Source: Dicyema japonicum (taxonomy: Eukaryota; Animalia; Dicyemida). From it: 64,000 nt of DNA. The stretch is taken from positions 423,484 through 487,483 of the forward strand of contig RDEW01000040.1 in NCBI GenBank assembly GCA_011109175.1, written 5' to 3'. The notes beneath the pieces were generated by a model. The model was given only the letters and a program-made list of their open reading frames with translations. It was not told the DNA's origin and did no database searches. Positions 42,900 through 55,570 of this stretch are shown piece by piece (position 1 is the first letter of the stretch; every line of letters begins with the position of its first letter). Position numbers and translations under genes: made by a program.

Positions 42900-43500
42900 T
42901 AGTGATAAAACCCAAAATTTCTGTTAGATGATCTAAAATCCATCGTTTTATACTTTGATTGAATCTTCATTTTAACAAGAAAATATTACAGTTCTACTTG
43001 GCCTTGTATCCATCGAGCCCTTGTCCTGCCTCTTAAATGCTTTATAGAGAACTTTTGGCACAATTCCCATGTGAGCATTGCGAAATTCTTTGCCGTTATC
43101 GGTTTGAAGAATTAAAGGGCCAACACTATAAATCAGGTTGTGTAACAATCCTGTTATTTCCACAAATGTTTTACTTGTGGATGAGTTCAATCGTTGTATA
43201 TTTTGAGAAGGAATCAATCACAACCAGTATTTTTTTGATAAGAAACAAAATGTTAAATTGTTCTCAGCCTAAAAATAATCTGAACGATTTAATTACATCA
43301 ATGGATTTAAGTTTCAATTCAATATCTTCAACACAACAAAATCGTAACTTGTAGCATTTGCTCCTATAGTAAGTTCCTTCTTCAAAAATAAAATTTCTAG
43401 CTATTTTCGTTAAACTATCTCTTTCCTGTCTTAAGATGTCTAACTCCTCCTTCATTTCTTTTATTTTTTCCAAAATTTCTTTTGAAATAAGTCAATTTCA
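42900..43500 (-). mobile_element. Retroviral-type (rve) DDE integrase remnant
   Basis: ILVVIDSFSKY and PLILQTDNGKEFRN motifs, frameshifted. Confidence 0.6.
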
Positions 43501-43612
43501 AGGATTGAGATTTCTGCGAGAAACAGGAAAGATGGAAACGACTTACAGTCAGTATCCAGAAATGAATCTCAAATTAGACGTATTTCAGCATTATTATTAT
43601 AAGCACTTATCG

Positions 43613-44450
43613 CTATGTCATAGGACTTGACAAAGCATGTGCAGCACGAGTTAGCAAATCACTGGTTAGTTTCATCCACTTACTCCTATTCAAAGCCGCA
43701 GTGCGCAACCAGTCAAGATCCTCTCCACTTCCAAGATGCCGTCCCATTTCTTTGAGGTCCTCGTCGAGAACGACTGCCAGTGTCGTCCTTGGGCGACCAC
43801 AGAAACGGGGGGCCTCCAACATGAAGTAATCCTCCATGGATACGTTCGCGGGGGCATCTAGGTCCAGTCGCAGAATATGGCCGAAAAGCCTCCATCGTGT
43901 ATCCAGAATCTCATTAGAAATTTCTGAGGTCTTCGTCTTCTTATAAAGAAGATTAGATGACATCCTCGTATCACTTCTTTCAAACATCATATGCCGTAGT
44001 TGGTCTCTATGAAACGCATTAAGCCTCTTCAGTTCATTTCTTGAGCAGGCCCAGGTACCAGCGTTATACAGTAGTATGGGTTTCACTAGCGAGTTGTATA
44101 ATCGAGTTTTTGTTATAATGTCAAGGCCCTTTTTGTGGAGCCAAGTGTTCTTTAATCTGGAGAGGGCAGTTTGTGCTAGGGTTTTCCTTCTCATAATTTC
44201 TTCATGGTCTCCTAGGAGGGAGCCAAGCTTTTTGCACTTGTGCCAGTACTCCTCCGTCTTTGTTTCTTCCCTCTTGAGTTCAGTTACCTCAGTCTTGTCC
44301 GGATTTACTGTTAGGAACCATTCGGCTAGTCTTCCAGGCACTTCTTCCATCAAGCGGGTGAGCGGTATTTTGTCGTTTGAAATAAAGTCTACGTCGTCAG
44401 CATACGCAATAATGTTTGTCTTTTCACAAACATTTCCGAAGTGAATTCAT
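43613..44450 (-). mobile_element. RTE family-1 LINE 3' fragment
   Basis: IIAYADDVDFIS, KKLGSLLG, KPILLYNAGTW, RWRLFGHILR, GRPRTTL in an open 246-aa ORF. Confidence 0.88.
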
Positions 44451-45199
44451 TAATATGACCGGACGGAGGTTCTCCACCTTAGATCTTGGTTTATTCGCCT
44501 TTTTACATGTATCAAGATACCCTCTCCCAGGGTCAGCGTGTGACCATAATAGTACATTTCACCTATTTCAGCATGCTAATTTAATTAATTAATTTTATAG
44601 ACATTTTCTTTCTCAATTAATACAATTTGTAAATTCCAATAGTTTTTAAATATTCTTAATATTTTTTAATTCAATCTGTGAACAATGTTGATTTATCAAT
44701 TGCGGAAACCCAAAAAAGCGTTTTCCATAATAGAAAACTGGATCAAAGGCGATCTAAATTCTATACCTACCCTTGGAAGACCTAATAAGAGAAAAAGGAA
44801 GCCTAACTCAACGATACCAGAGAGTCACTCGTCCACTGAGTGCTTGTGTTGGATCGAGGGAAGACCACGAGGCCAAGCTGAGAGCCTTATTGAAATTCGC
44901 CGGGTTCACATAATTTCTTGTTTTTGTCTCTAACTGTGGTCTTTGGAAATAAATTTCAATCAGACTAGCGATTTATCAGATGAAATACTATGGTGTACCA
45001 CCGATACATGTCTTCATTTCTTCACTATGGATGTAACCCTTCGTTCCTTCTTAACTAATTTAGCCAAATGGAGGATATATTTAATAAATTATTTATTAGA
45101 CAACAAGAATATTAAGTTCTAACAATTGATCCCCGACATAATCGAGTATCAAGGTTGCCTATCATGATAGTAATAGAGATCTACTAACAGAGTCACTGA

Positions 45200-46500
45200 G
45201 TTTAACAAACGTTATTGTTTCTAAGTGTACCCAGATATTCCAGGCTTTTGAAGAAAAATATTTATAATTCCATCAGGCTGTTTTTTGTTTCTCTTACCAG
45301 GCGAACTGACTCCAGCATGGATGGGTATTTTGAAAACTCCAATGAACGTTTTATGACATTTTTTGTGAAGTATATCTGGGAACCTCTCCAATTGTTATCA
45401 TTCAGTGAAATGTCCTCACGACAAGAAGATGCCAGCTCTAAAAACTGGTAGGAAATATAGGTAAACTCTTTATCGGAGACCTTCATCCCATGCTTGTGTT
45501 TAATTAGCATGCTTTCGAGAGTCCTTTTCGGCACAACTGATTGGATCTAAGTCCTCGCTAATCCTTCAATAGACAGCTTATCCATTGAAGCATTTCAAGA
45601 CAAATTCATCCCAGGTCATTGAACCTTGGTTTTAGTCACTATCGACACATCAACTCTTTTTTCCACGTTATGGATACTATCGACTGAACCAAGTGTTTTT
45701 TGAACTTGTTCGCTTTTTTAACCCCAAAAATTCTGTCGAGATGCAAACACTTCTCATATCGTTGTGCCTTCTGACATAACCACTATTTAACATTTTTCCA
45801 CATAGTGGCCTAGTGATCAGCAGTCTTCTTGTTTTTTCTTACAATGATTGCCTAACGAACACGTACTTGAAAAAAAACAAGTTTTTATCTTGCAATAGGC
45901 AGGATAAAGCTTCACTCATTGGTCTGCTATTCCAGTCACTAGCCATCCGCCGGAGGTTTACACACCGACATTAGACTTCACACATTTGAAGAGCAGGGAA
46001 TGTAACGATTTGCAATTTATCCTCACAGAATCTTCGTCCTTCACAGACAAACAGTCGAATTTTTTTTCAAACTTCTAAGGAACTAAAAGAGTATCAGTTC
46101 ACTTTTGAACGTAACTGAAATAAGTCCTCTCCCAAAAAGTCTTCCTGTTTAATATAACTCTTAAAAATATTACTTCTTCCATCTTCAAATACACGCAAAT
46201 AACGATATCCACTGACTCCTTCCAAATCTCCAACATAATAACGATTGACATTGGAAGTAGATTTTTCAGAATTGATCTTTAAAACGAGAATTTGGCAGAA
46301 TCTCCTAACAGCTTCCATCATTTTAATAACAATATCTTCCTTCAGAGCAAATATCTTTAGATCGTCAATAAAAAACAAATTAGTAGAATAAGTCAACATA
46401 TTAGAATCCTCCTGATTCATATGGAGTCTTGGGAACATTTAGTTAAGGACCCTGCTCAGGAGTCCATTGCCATAGCGAACGAGAACTTGTCTGAAATAGC
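45200..46500 (-). mobile_element. R4/Dong-like RLE-type non-LTR RT remnant
   Basis: TNLFFIDDLKIFA..., INSEKS, GYRYLRVFED. Degenerate. Confidence 0.6.
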
Positions 46501-47229
46501 AATTGACAAGTTCCAATTGAGTTGATGACTGAAATTTTCTTCACATTTTCTAACCAAAAGTTCTGTGTCTACTTTCATAGTTAAGCCCAAATCCTATGCA
46601 CTGAGAAGTATAGACAATATCAGCAATACCTTGAGGAGGCCCATCTTTATATAATAAATTGCAGAATTTAATTCTAAAATATCAGCTTTGACATATTTTC
46701 TCTGAATTTTGAGTGTTGGTTTCGAGTATCCCCAGGGATTGACTTAATTTCCTTAATTTGGAACTCAAGTTCTTCTAGAGACTTTCTGAAATTGGAAATT
46801 TTCACATTTAAAAAATTAAAGATAAGGGTCCATCTCTGGAGATTCTCCCGAGTCTTTGTTTTGCAGCATAAACCATCTCAAATATTTATCCAGCCTCAGA
46901 GACACAAGTAACATCTTCGATGAAGGCTGAAAAGGAACACAAATTGGTAGCGACAGCACGTTCAGAAACATAATGGTTTTTGACAATAAGCTTTCTTATG
47001 ACGTCATCCAGTTTCGGAGACTACTTTCCACTACACTATTCTAGTTATTTGATCTTGCAAGAAGGCCCCTGGGATCCGTTTTCCTTAATCCTGTAATTAA
47101 TTCGTGATCCCCATTCCCAAATGTGAAATATGTCATTTTTACTACCAAAATTGTCCTAATTTGGCTTTAACGCTTAATTCCATATAAAGACAAATAAGTA
47201 AATAAAATCAAGTTTACGTCTAAACCATA

Positions 47230-47648
47230 ATGTTTTTCATTTTCTTAGCAGGTTAACGCTAATATGATCATTAGGGATTGTTTTCATTATCGGAGTACCC
47301 CTTTATGGAAAGTACTATTTTAATAAAATGTCAAATCAGACAAAACTACGGAAATGTCCACTAATCAGACTTAATTCATCAAATTTGAATTTTTCCAACG
47401 TATTAGAATTATCAAATATTGAACATGGTGGATGGGTGCGGTATATTCTTCAAAATAAAGAAGAAACAACAAATTATTTTGTAGGAAACAAATTTGAGCA
47501 CATTGATGGTCTTGGTGGAGGAATATTTGTTGTTAGACCACACAAAAATAAAAAACATATGAATGTTATGATTTACTCTTCAAACACCAGTGATCTTACC
47601 AATGCTAAGGTCGATCCAAAGGGAACTTACGAATGTCTGTCATATTAG
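47230..47648 (+). CDS. Orphan 131-aa protein with N-terminal hydrophobic anchor
   Basis: A 23-nt GT-AG intron (47252-47274) joins MFFIFLA|GIVFIIGVPLYGKYYFNK in frame to the 106-codon ORF. In-frame stop just upstream of the ATG; four N-x-S/T sequons, two Cys. Confidence 0.55.
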
Positions 47649-47860
47649 AGTTAATTATTATTTAATAGTATATGAATGTTATGATTTACTCTTCAAACAC
47701 CAGTGATCTTACCAATGCTAAGGTCGATCCAAAGGGAACTTACGAATGTCTGTCATATTAGAGTTAATTATTATTTAATAGTTCCATTATAAAGTTTTAA
47801 TTATTTAATTTAATATTTTTTCGTTCAATAAAATAAATAAAAATAAATAATTTAAAAAAA

Positions 47861-48010
47861 TGTCATGTGTCCCGACGACGTGGTGTAATTTGGAAGAAAA
47901 GAACCTACACTTTCCCTTATCTTCACGGGTAAACCAATAAGGAAGGCCTGAGTTGAAGCAAACCCTGGACTAGCCAGAATAGTGCAACTAAATATAAATG
48001 GAATAATTAA
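47861..48010 (+). mobile_element. Isolated 5' end of the Vingi-like LINE (leader plus partly deleted 2A plus APE start)
   Basis: Aligns to the reverse complement of 53900-54056. VEANPGL-ARIVQLNINGI. Confidence 0.85.
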
Positions 48011-48349
48011 TAGTTTTAATATAAGATCTTGCTTGTTGAATGGTTCACACTTCTCTAATAATGTCTTTGTACTCTCAGTCTATCTGCTTTGTTTACAGTT
48101 GTTACCTTCAACGTCAGAGGACACGCTTCGAACACTTGCGGAGACGTGCGAGGAAACTGGTAGACGGATAGTGAAGCGCATGTCGCATTGAAACTCTAAG
48201 TATTGATATGGGCAACGTGGGAGACGTTAAAATAATTAACTAACTCAAAGTTCCGCAACTTCAAATATTTATCGAGAAACCTTTGTTCTTTCATGTTATA
48301 TCTTCTTCAAACCAAGTTGTTAGTTTCACCAGAAATCACATTGATGGGA

Positions 48350-49330
48350 AACTCTTGTTATATTGTGAAGTGGATGTGGGAGTATAGACTTAAAAAAGGC
48401 TGAAAACTTCCTCCTGATAGACGGAAAACTGTCTTGAAGATTCGAAATCTAATCACAAGCTCGTGATTGTCTTAACCAACACAGTAGAGACGCGGATAAT
48501 TGGCAGAGATGCATGACGCTAGCCATTGTAAACACAATATTTGACGGAAAACTGTCTTGAAGATTCGAAATCTAATCACAAGCTCGTGATTGTCTTAACC
48601 AACACAGTAGAGACGCGGATAATTGGCAGAGATGCATGACGCTAGCCATTGTAAACACAATATTTCGGACGAATTGTGTCGAAAAAGATTCTGCCTTATT
48701 AAAAAATGTTATTCGTCTGGTGGTAAGAGAATTTAGCATTTCCTCGATATTCCTCTTATTTGTCAAGATGTGGACGGTTCCACGAGGTGCATGTATATGA
48801 GAAGCATGGCTCGATGTACTTCCATACAGATTCATCAGGACTGGGTGAGTATCGATAGTACATTCAGTTTCTTTTCACACACCACAAGAATATTTCTTAC
48901 GTGTGGTGATAAACAATGATGCGTATCAAATGTCACAACCAAGATACTTTGACATCTTTGAGAAGAATGTGATCTTGTTTAACTTAAAAATAACTGTCTT
49001 CCTTCCCGATCTTTTTTCCAAGTTAAAAGTGGGTGTGGTCGACTTTTTTGTATTTACCATGAGACGGTTCTCAATTATCCAAGTGTTGAGTCGGTCCAGG
49101 ATAGTTTGTATTCTTTCCACAGCCTTCTGGATGTCCTGATCTCGCGAAGCCAAAACAATATCGTCTGCATAATAAAGATGAACGTCATCATGGATCCCGG
49201 AGTCGTGAGATAGGCCAGAAAAGGTTAAACAGAGTAGGTGATAAAGGATCTCCTTGATGAGCTCTGTTGGGGAGAAGACGTGAAATGGATTTCAGATATT
49301 TGAAGCATACACGTCCTTTTCGTCCACTTA
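48350..49330 (-). mobile_element. Vingi-like RT fragments
   Basis: QGDPLSPTLFNLF, YYADDIVLASRDQDIQKA. Near-identical to 17090-17330. Confidence 0.8.
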
Positions 49331-49639
49331 GGAAGTTGATGATCCAAAGCTTGAGCTTAGCGTTATCACTAGGGCGATTTTTTGACATTATAAATGCGAA
49401 ATTTTGACTTAAAAAGTTGGCTTTAAAATTCAAAATTTTAACAATTTTTGACTTAATGAAAAATTTATCTAGAAAAAAAAATTTTTTTAATATAAAAAAA
49501 AACTAATCAAAAACTTTATTAAAATATTGAATAATGTAATTTAAAAAGTTTTCAAGTTAAAAATTTTGGTCTTTAGATAATAATTTTAGCAATGGACCTT
49601 TCTCTCCCTTCATAAGAAGATTCTACACTCTATACCTGA

Positions 49640-50330
49640 ATTCTCTATTGACAAAGACACCGGCCATGCTCGTGATGCTTGGAGTCGAACTTATCAGCTT
49701 TTTCTGCCTTCCTCGTTCTCTCAGCGGGGTTTGGATGATGCTATATGCTAGAATACAAGATCGACTGTTCTGGCCTACAATCTCTCTCCTGCAGGAAAAG
49801 TGCAGGCAGAGATCTCAGACACATGGCCTTGAACGAAGTCGTTAGGAGAGCTTTGGACGCCGCCGGACAACCCTCAATGCTTAAACCTGTCGGCCTTTAC
49901 AGGCGGGACGGGAAACGACCAGATGGGATGACAATCTTCTTTTTTGAAACCGGGAAACCTCTTGTCTGGGACGTTACCTGCACCGACACATTTGCCTCTT
50001 GCAACCTACTCCAGAATGCCTCTGGAGCCTGTTCTTCCGCTGAGAAAACCGAGAAGATGAAACGGGAAAAGTACGCGGTCCTACCCAAGGATTTTTTGTT
50101 TGCTCCACTCACCGTTGAGACGTCTGGTTCCCTTGCGTCCGCGACGCTGGAATTCTCGAGTCGTCTAAGGAATCGGATCGCTACACGAAAAAGAGACCCT
50201 CGTGAGCGCTGCTCGTTATTTGAGCGAATCTCGCTCGCTATCCTGGAGGGAATAGCCACGCAGAGAAGGAAGCCTCTATATAACCGTTACTCTGTTTTTT
50301 TTCTTCAATAAAATTTAAAGTTAATTTTAT
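49640..50330 (+). mobile_element. CRE-like non-LTR retrotransposon 3' end with restriction-like endonuclease
   Basis: CC/RH zinc-knuckle remnant, GLYRRDGKRPDG, LVWDVTCTDTFA, KREKY, PLTVETSG, RISLAILEG. Confidence 0.82.
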
Positions 50331-50349
50331 TAATAATAAAAATCTTTTC

Positions 50350-50980
50350 TGAATAGATAATGATGTTGAAGGATATTTTTCAAATAGCCGCATATGCATG
50401 GAAAAATATGTTGATTTTCCAATTTTAAAAAAAAAACTTATTAACAGAATATCTAGATTTCAGATACTTTTTAATTCCGCATAAATCGTTACTGCAGTAA
50501 GTTTTTCCTATTATCTTTCAAGAAAATTTCTTCTTCTGACCAGAAATTTTCTGTTTTTTATGGAAGAAATTTATTTTTGTATTCACACATATTTATGTCG
50601 ATTTCGTAGATCAAACCAATTTTTTTCAATTTTTTAACAAATACATGTAAAAAGCTTCTGCCAAGTTACCTTTGGCATACATTTTCTACACTTTTGCATA
50701 TAAGGAAGTAAAACGATATCCAATACCCTCAAACAAGTTTTATAAACTTTAATGCTCAGCTTATGCAGCGAAAATCATATACGAGTAAGCATTAGTGACC
50801 TCATTGTGCCTAGAATCGGTAGATGGAATGAGAAAATCAGATATTTTTACAACAACACTTGTGAAATAGTAATAAAAAGTGACCTGTTAGTTTGAAATTT
50901 TTCTTAGACAAAAGATTCAACTAAAAGCTGTTGTTAGAAAATTCGTGAGTTGATAGAAAATTCACCAGAATATTTTTTTA
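50350..50980 (-). mobile_element. Possible piggyBac-like transposase remnant
   Basis: Minus-strand WKINIFFHAYAAI..SFNIIIY resembles the piggyBac KWxxxxFFxxLDxAxxNxxIIY motif. Very degenerate. Confidence 0.25.
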
Positions 50981-51020
50981 TTATCAGTCTTAATTTTTTC
51001 AGTGACTTTCCTGATTAGAA

Positions 51021-54000
51021 TTATTATTACCCCCAGGATCACTGGGTCAAAGAGAAAGAAATAAAAGTTCTCATCTAACTAAGTGATCCCAGACCGACAA
51101 AGGTGAGGACGAGTCCGGCGGGGTCGAAAATCCTGAACAGCTCTTCTCATTGGACATGGCATCGGCTCAAAATTTCTGTATGATTGTAGATAATTCGATA
51201 GTATTTGGAATAGAGGGCAGCTCGGTAGAACAGCCTCCTTTAATAGTTTCCGTTGTAGTTCGATTAAAAAATTTTCAATGGGTTGGATATTGTGATCTGG
51301 TCCAATTAACTTTATTGCAGTCTCCTCGATTGCAGATAATTTCAATGAGGAAGATCGTTACATTTGCATTGCCCATGAAGGACTTGCATACGTCATCGTT
51401 GGTCGGATAAATTGTTTGTAGATCGTGGCAAGGACACCAGTTTGATCTCTAAGTGATTTTGAGAGCACTTTTAAAATTCTCATTTTTTTCAGAGCAGAAG
51501 TTATTTTGTTTTCAACATGCCGGATAAAGGTGAGTCCCTGATCAAAGGTTACTCCCAGAATCTTCGGTGTTTTGTTAATAGAGATAGCTTCGTTCTTCAT
51601 AAAGACTTTTGGTTCGATACAGAGCTGTCTTTTTTAGGTGGTAAACAGTGTGACAAAACTTTGCTGCTGATGTGTTGAGTCTCCGCTTCGAGAGCCATAG
51701 TTCCAATTTGTCGAGCATTTGTTGAGCAAACTGAGTCGCTGATTGAATGCTTCTGTTCTTGGAAACAAGAATGATATCGTCGGCACAGGAGAGGATTAGA
51801 CAGTTTTCATTACAAGTTTGTGGCATGTCGTTTATGTAGAGATTGAAGAGTTGGGGTGATAGTGGGGAGCCTTGAGGGACTCCATTTGGGAAATAGCGAG
51901 ATCTTAATTTGATGTTGTTGCAGAGTACTTTTGCTCGTCTTCCATTTAGGAAGTTTCCAAGCCAAAGTTTCAGGTTCGGATGGATGTTGGTTTCGTATAT
52001 TTTCTTTGCTAGGAGTTTCCTAGGGACTGAGTCGAACGCTTTTGTGATGTCCACGGATATAAGTACTGTGCTCTGATGGGGTTTGGGGGAGTTAAATCCT
52101 TCCGCAATGAATTGTGTGAGGGTTGTAAGGTGTATTGTTGTCGAATGGTTGTCCCGGAATCCGTGCTGGGTCAGAAGTATTGAGATTGAGTCTTGTATTT
52201 TTTTTAAACAAGCTTTTCAAGGATTCTAGAGACCGGACTTAGAATAGATATTGGGCGATAGGAAGATAGGTTCATCTATTGGTTTGTTGGGTTTTCGGAT
52301 AGGTCTGATTAAAGACTTCTTCCATATTTCAGGGATTGTATTTGTGTTGATGAATAGGTTGAAGATATAGGCTAATAGTTCCATGGCTCGATGGCCTAGG
52401 TGCTTCAGTTCACATGTGGTTATGTTGTCTGGTCCTTTGGCCTCTGAGTTGTTGGCCTTAGATATGGCTCTGCGAACATCCTGATTAGTAAATAGAATCC
52501 AGTCATCGGAGCGTTTCGGTTCAATCTTTTTCAGGAATACTTGGTGTTCTTTTGAAAACTTCCTGTAGGATATAGGTGTGCAGTATTTTATCAGAGTGTC
52601 TGGTTTTATGTAGACTTCGACTTTTCTCTCTGAGGAGGATCTTTTGATGTTTTTGATACACTTCCACACTCTTTGCATTGGAGGGTTTTTGTAGAGAGCT
52701 TTCGATAGTCTCGTCCATCTATTTGCATTTTCTGTCTTTATGTTGTTGTCGATCTCTCTGTTCAATTCTCGTATTTTCCTGATGTTCTCTTCTGTTGGCG
52801 ATTTTACCATCTTTAGATTATTTCGTTCTCTGATGTTGTCGATCTCTCTGTTCAATTCTCGTATTTTCCTGATGTTCTCTTCTGTTGGCGATTTTACCAT
52901 CTTTAGATTATTTCGTTCTCTGATCAGATGTTTCGTCGTTGTGTTGAAACGTTTTGATGACGTTGGTTGTCTCCCCATAGGAATGTACTTCTTTTTCGCA
53001 TCGTTAATAATGGAGTTGAACCATTTCACTAATTGTTCGACGGAGGGAAAAGTGGAGAAATTTAATAGTCCAATACAATTATCGACGTATTCCTTGAATC
53101 CTTTCCAATTCGCAAGGCTGTATTTAGTTATTGTTGGGCATTGTCCTTTTATCCGTGACCTTGTTTTGACCTCCAAAAATATTGGGTTGTGGTCACTCCT
53201 GGTGTCATACTTCACTGACCAGTCAATAAGTGGGGCCACGGACGGTGATGACAATAAGATGTCGATAGAAAAAGGTTTATCATTACGTCGAGTAGGTGTT
53301 CTTGTATGAGATGCAGGATCGTTGAGTATACATAGGCGGTGAAAGACCTCAATTATCATCTTCCCTCTTTTGTCGTAGGTTTGTCCTGTCAGCCACAGTG
53401 AGTGCTTCGCATTGAAGTCACCACAGATAATCACATTTTTTAGTGACGCGAGAGGAGTGAGTCTGGGGGCACTGGACGAGCAGGAACTCAGCGGTGGGAG
53501 ATATGCGTTGACAATTATTATTGATAGTCTTGGGAATCGTATTTTGGTAACCAAAAGTTCGATATTTCCATATCCATTAAGCATAGTGTAAGCACTGTAG
53601 GTTATGTCTCAAACGGAATGCCGTTGCGGATAACTGTGAGAAGACCCCCACCAACTTTGCCAATTCTGTCACGGCGAATTACTGTGAATCCCGGAAATAC
53701 TGGTGTTGAATTCTTTGGAGAAAGTTTAGATTCTTGAATTAGCAACAGATCAATGTGATTTTCTTTCACAAATGTCCGAAGTTGAATCCCGGAAATACTG
53801 GTGTTGAATTCTTTGGAGAAAGTTTAGATTCTTGAATTAGCAACAGATCAATGTGATTTTCTTTCACAAATGTCCGAAGTTCGATTATTTTGTTCTTGAT
53901 TCCATTTATGTTCAGTTGGACTATTCTGGCTGGTCCAGGGTTTGCCTCAACGTCTCCGCAGCGGCGCAAGCCTTCCTTATTGGTCCACCCGTGAAGATAG

Positions 54001-54056
54001 GGGAAAGTGTGGTTTTTTTTTCAAATGCCACCACGTCGTCGGCGAGCCACATGACA
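51021..54056 (-). mobile_element. Near full-length (~3 kb) Ingi/Vingi-like LINE: leader, 2A, APE, RT, C-terminal region; no ORF1, no RNase H
   Basis: GDVEANPGP, VQLNINGI, IQESK, ICGDFNAKHSLW, IDILL, SDHNPI, GPDNI, HGFRDNHST, DITKAFDSV, GVPQGSPLSPQLFN, CADD, PKILGVTFD, ending CRSGIT* with a (TAA)n tail. Several stops and frameshifts. Confidence 0.9.
53931..53957 (-). other. 2A/StopGo ribosome-skipping motif GDVEANPG-P
   Basis: Exact match to D(V/I)ExNPGP immediately upstream of the APE domain. Confidence 0.85.
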
Positions 54057-54189
54057 GAATGCGACATAACAGTTGACGCGTTAGTATTTTATTCAAAAAC
54101 TCTAAAAATTAATAAATAAAAATCAATAAAAATTTTGATTTTATTGACCTAAAAATTAAAAAAGGAGTGCCGCGTGGCCCATGTGGTGC

Positions 54190-55456
54190 TACGATCTATA
54201 TTTATTTTAATCCCGAAGAAAGGGGATAGCAAGGACTGTTCAAACTATCGTACAATAGCCTTAATTTCCCACGTCAGCAAAATACTTCTAAAGATAATAC
54301 AACAAAGCAGGATTCAGGAAGGGACGAGGCACACGTGACCATATAGCAAATGTCCGGTGGATTATGGAGAAAGCCCATGAATCCCAAAAGAGTGTATACA
54401 TGTGCTTCATTGACTATCGGAAAGCTTTTGATTCCGTTATACATAACAAGCTGTGGTCCGCATTAAAAGAATTTGGATTCGATGCCTATCTGATATTGCC
54501 TATCAAATCTCTTTATAAGGATCAAGAAGCTACTGTTAGAACAGTGTATGGAGATACCGATTGGTTCAAAATTGATAAAGGAGTAAGACAAGGATGTTTG
54601 TTATCTCCCATCCTATTCAATATTTATGCCGAATGGATCATGACTAAATTGGATACTGTATCAAATAACGGGATTAAAATTGGAGACAGGAACATCAATA
54701 ATTTGTGCTATGCTGACGATACAACCTTACTGGCTGAAACAAAGGATGGCCTCAGGGAGTTGATTTTAAGATTCAAAGAAGAGAGCGCCGTCTTTGGTTT
54801 ATTGCTAAATTATGACGACTGCTAATAATGGAACTAAAAATTGGGAATGAGAAAATAGAGCTGCGATAAAGTTGTCTTTCTGGGTTGTCTAATTAATTGG
54901 AATGGTGACGGAGGCTTGGAAATCAAGAGACGAATTGTCATGGACGGAACTCCGGAGAATGAATAGAATTTGGAAAAGCAAAGATATTTGCTTAAGGTCC
55001 AAATGCAGACTGGTTAATGTTGCAGGGTGTTGGTTTTTCTATACGGACTAGAATCATGGATACTGAAAAAGGCGGCGGAAAGTTGATGCTTTTGAAATGT
55101 AGTGCTAGAGAAGGTTACTAAGAATCCCTTGGACTTCCAAAATAACAAACACCGATGTACTCAAACGGGTGGAGACAGACATTTCGCTAAAAGGAGGAAT
55201 CGTAAAACACAGATTGACGTTCTTTGAACATGTTAACCGCTATGATTCCCTAAAAAGAACCATTATGCTGAGCAATATTACTGAGAAGAGAAGACTTGGT
55301 CGACCGAGGACTCGGTGGCTATCTACGGTAAAAGACGTCACGGGAATGCCTATATCAAGGCTACTCCAAATTGCGACGGATCGGGGAGACTGGGGAAAAC
55401 TGGCTCATGAGATCTCCAAGTGTCGGACACGACTTAATTTGGATTACATAACATAA
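54190..55456 (+). mobile_element. RTE-BovB-like LINE RT/3' part (family 2)
   Basis: NYRTIALISHVSK, CFIDYRKAFDSV, GVRQGCLLSPILFNIYAE, YADD, GRPRTRW. Confidence 0.9.
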
Positions 55457-55570
55457 TTTAATATTATCGATGAGAAGAGTGAACGTCTCTTTTAATAATA
55501 TAATATTATTTTAATTAAAATTAATTAATATTTAAATTATATAATAAAGCGGTAAAAAATAATAATAAAT

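Noticed and set aside
52740-53309. 189-aa plus-strand ORF, and similar ORFs at 19636-20085, 33648-33953, 44076-44444 and 49897-50259
   Set aside because: Antisense shadows of retrotransposon coding sequence; the internal repeat is just the 90-bp duplication.
53958-54056. HDV-like ribozyme in the Vingi leader (expected by analogy with L1Tc/Ingi)
   Set aside because: A 7-bp P1-like helix with a G-U first pair exists, but only 9-12 nt lie between its strands, too few for P2/P3/L3. No catalytic J4/2 could be placed.
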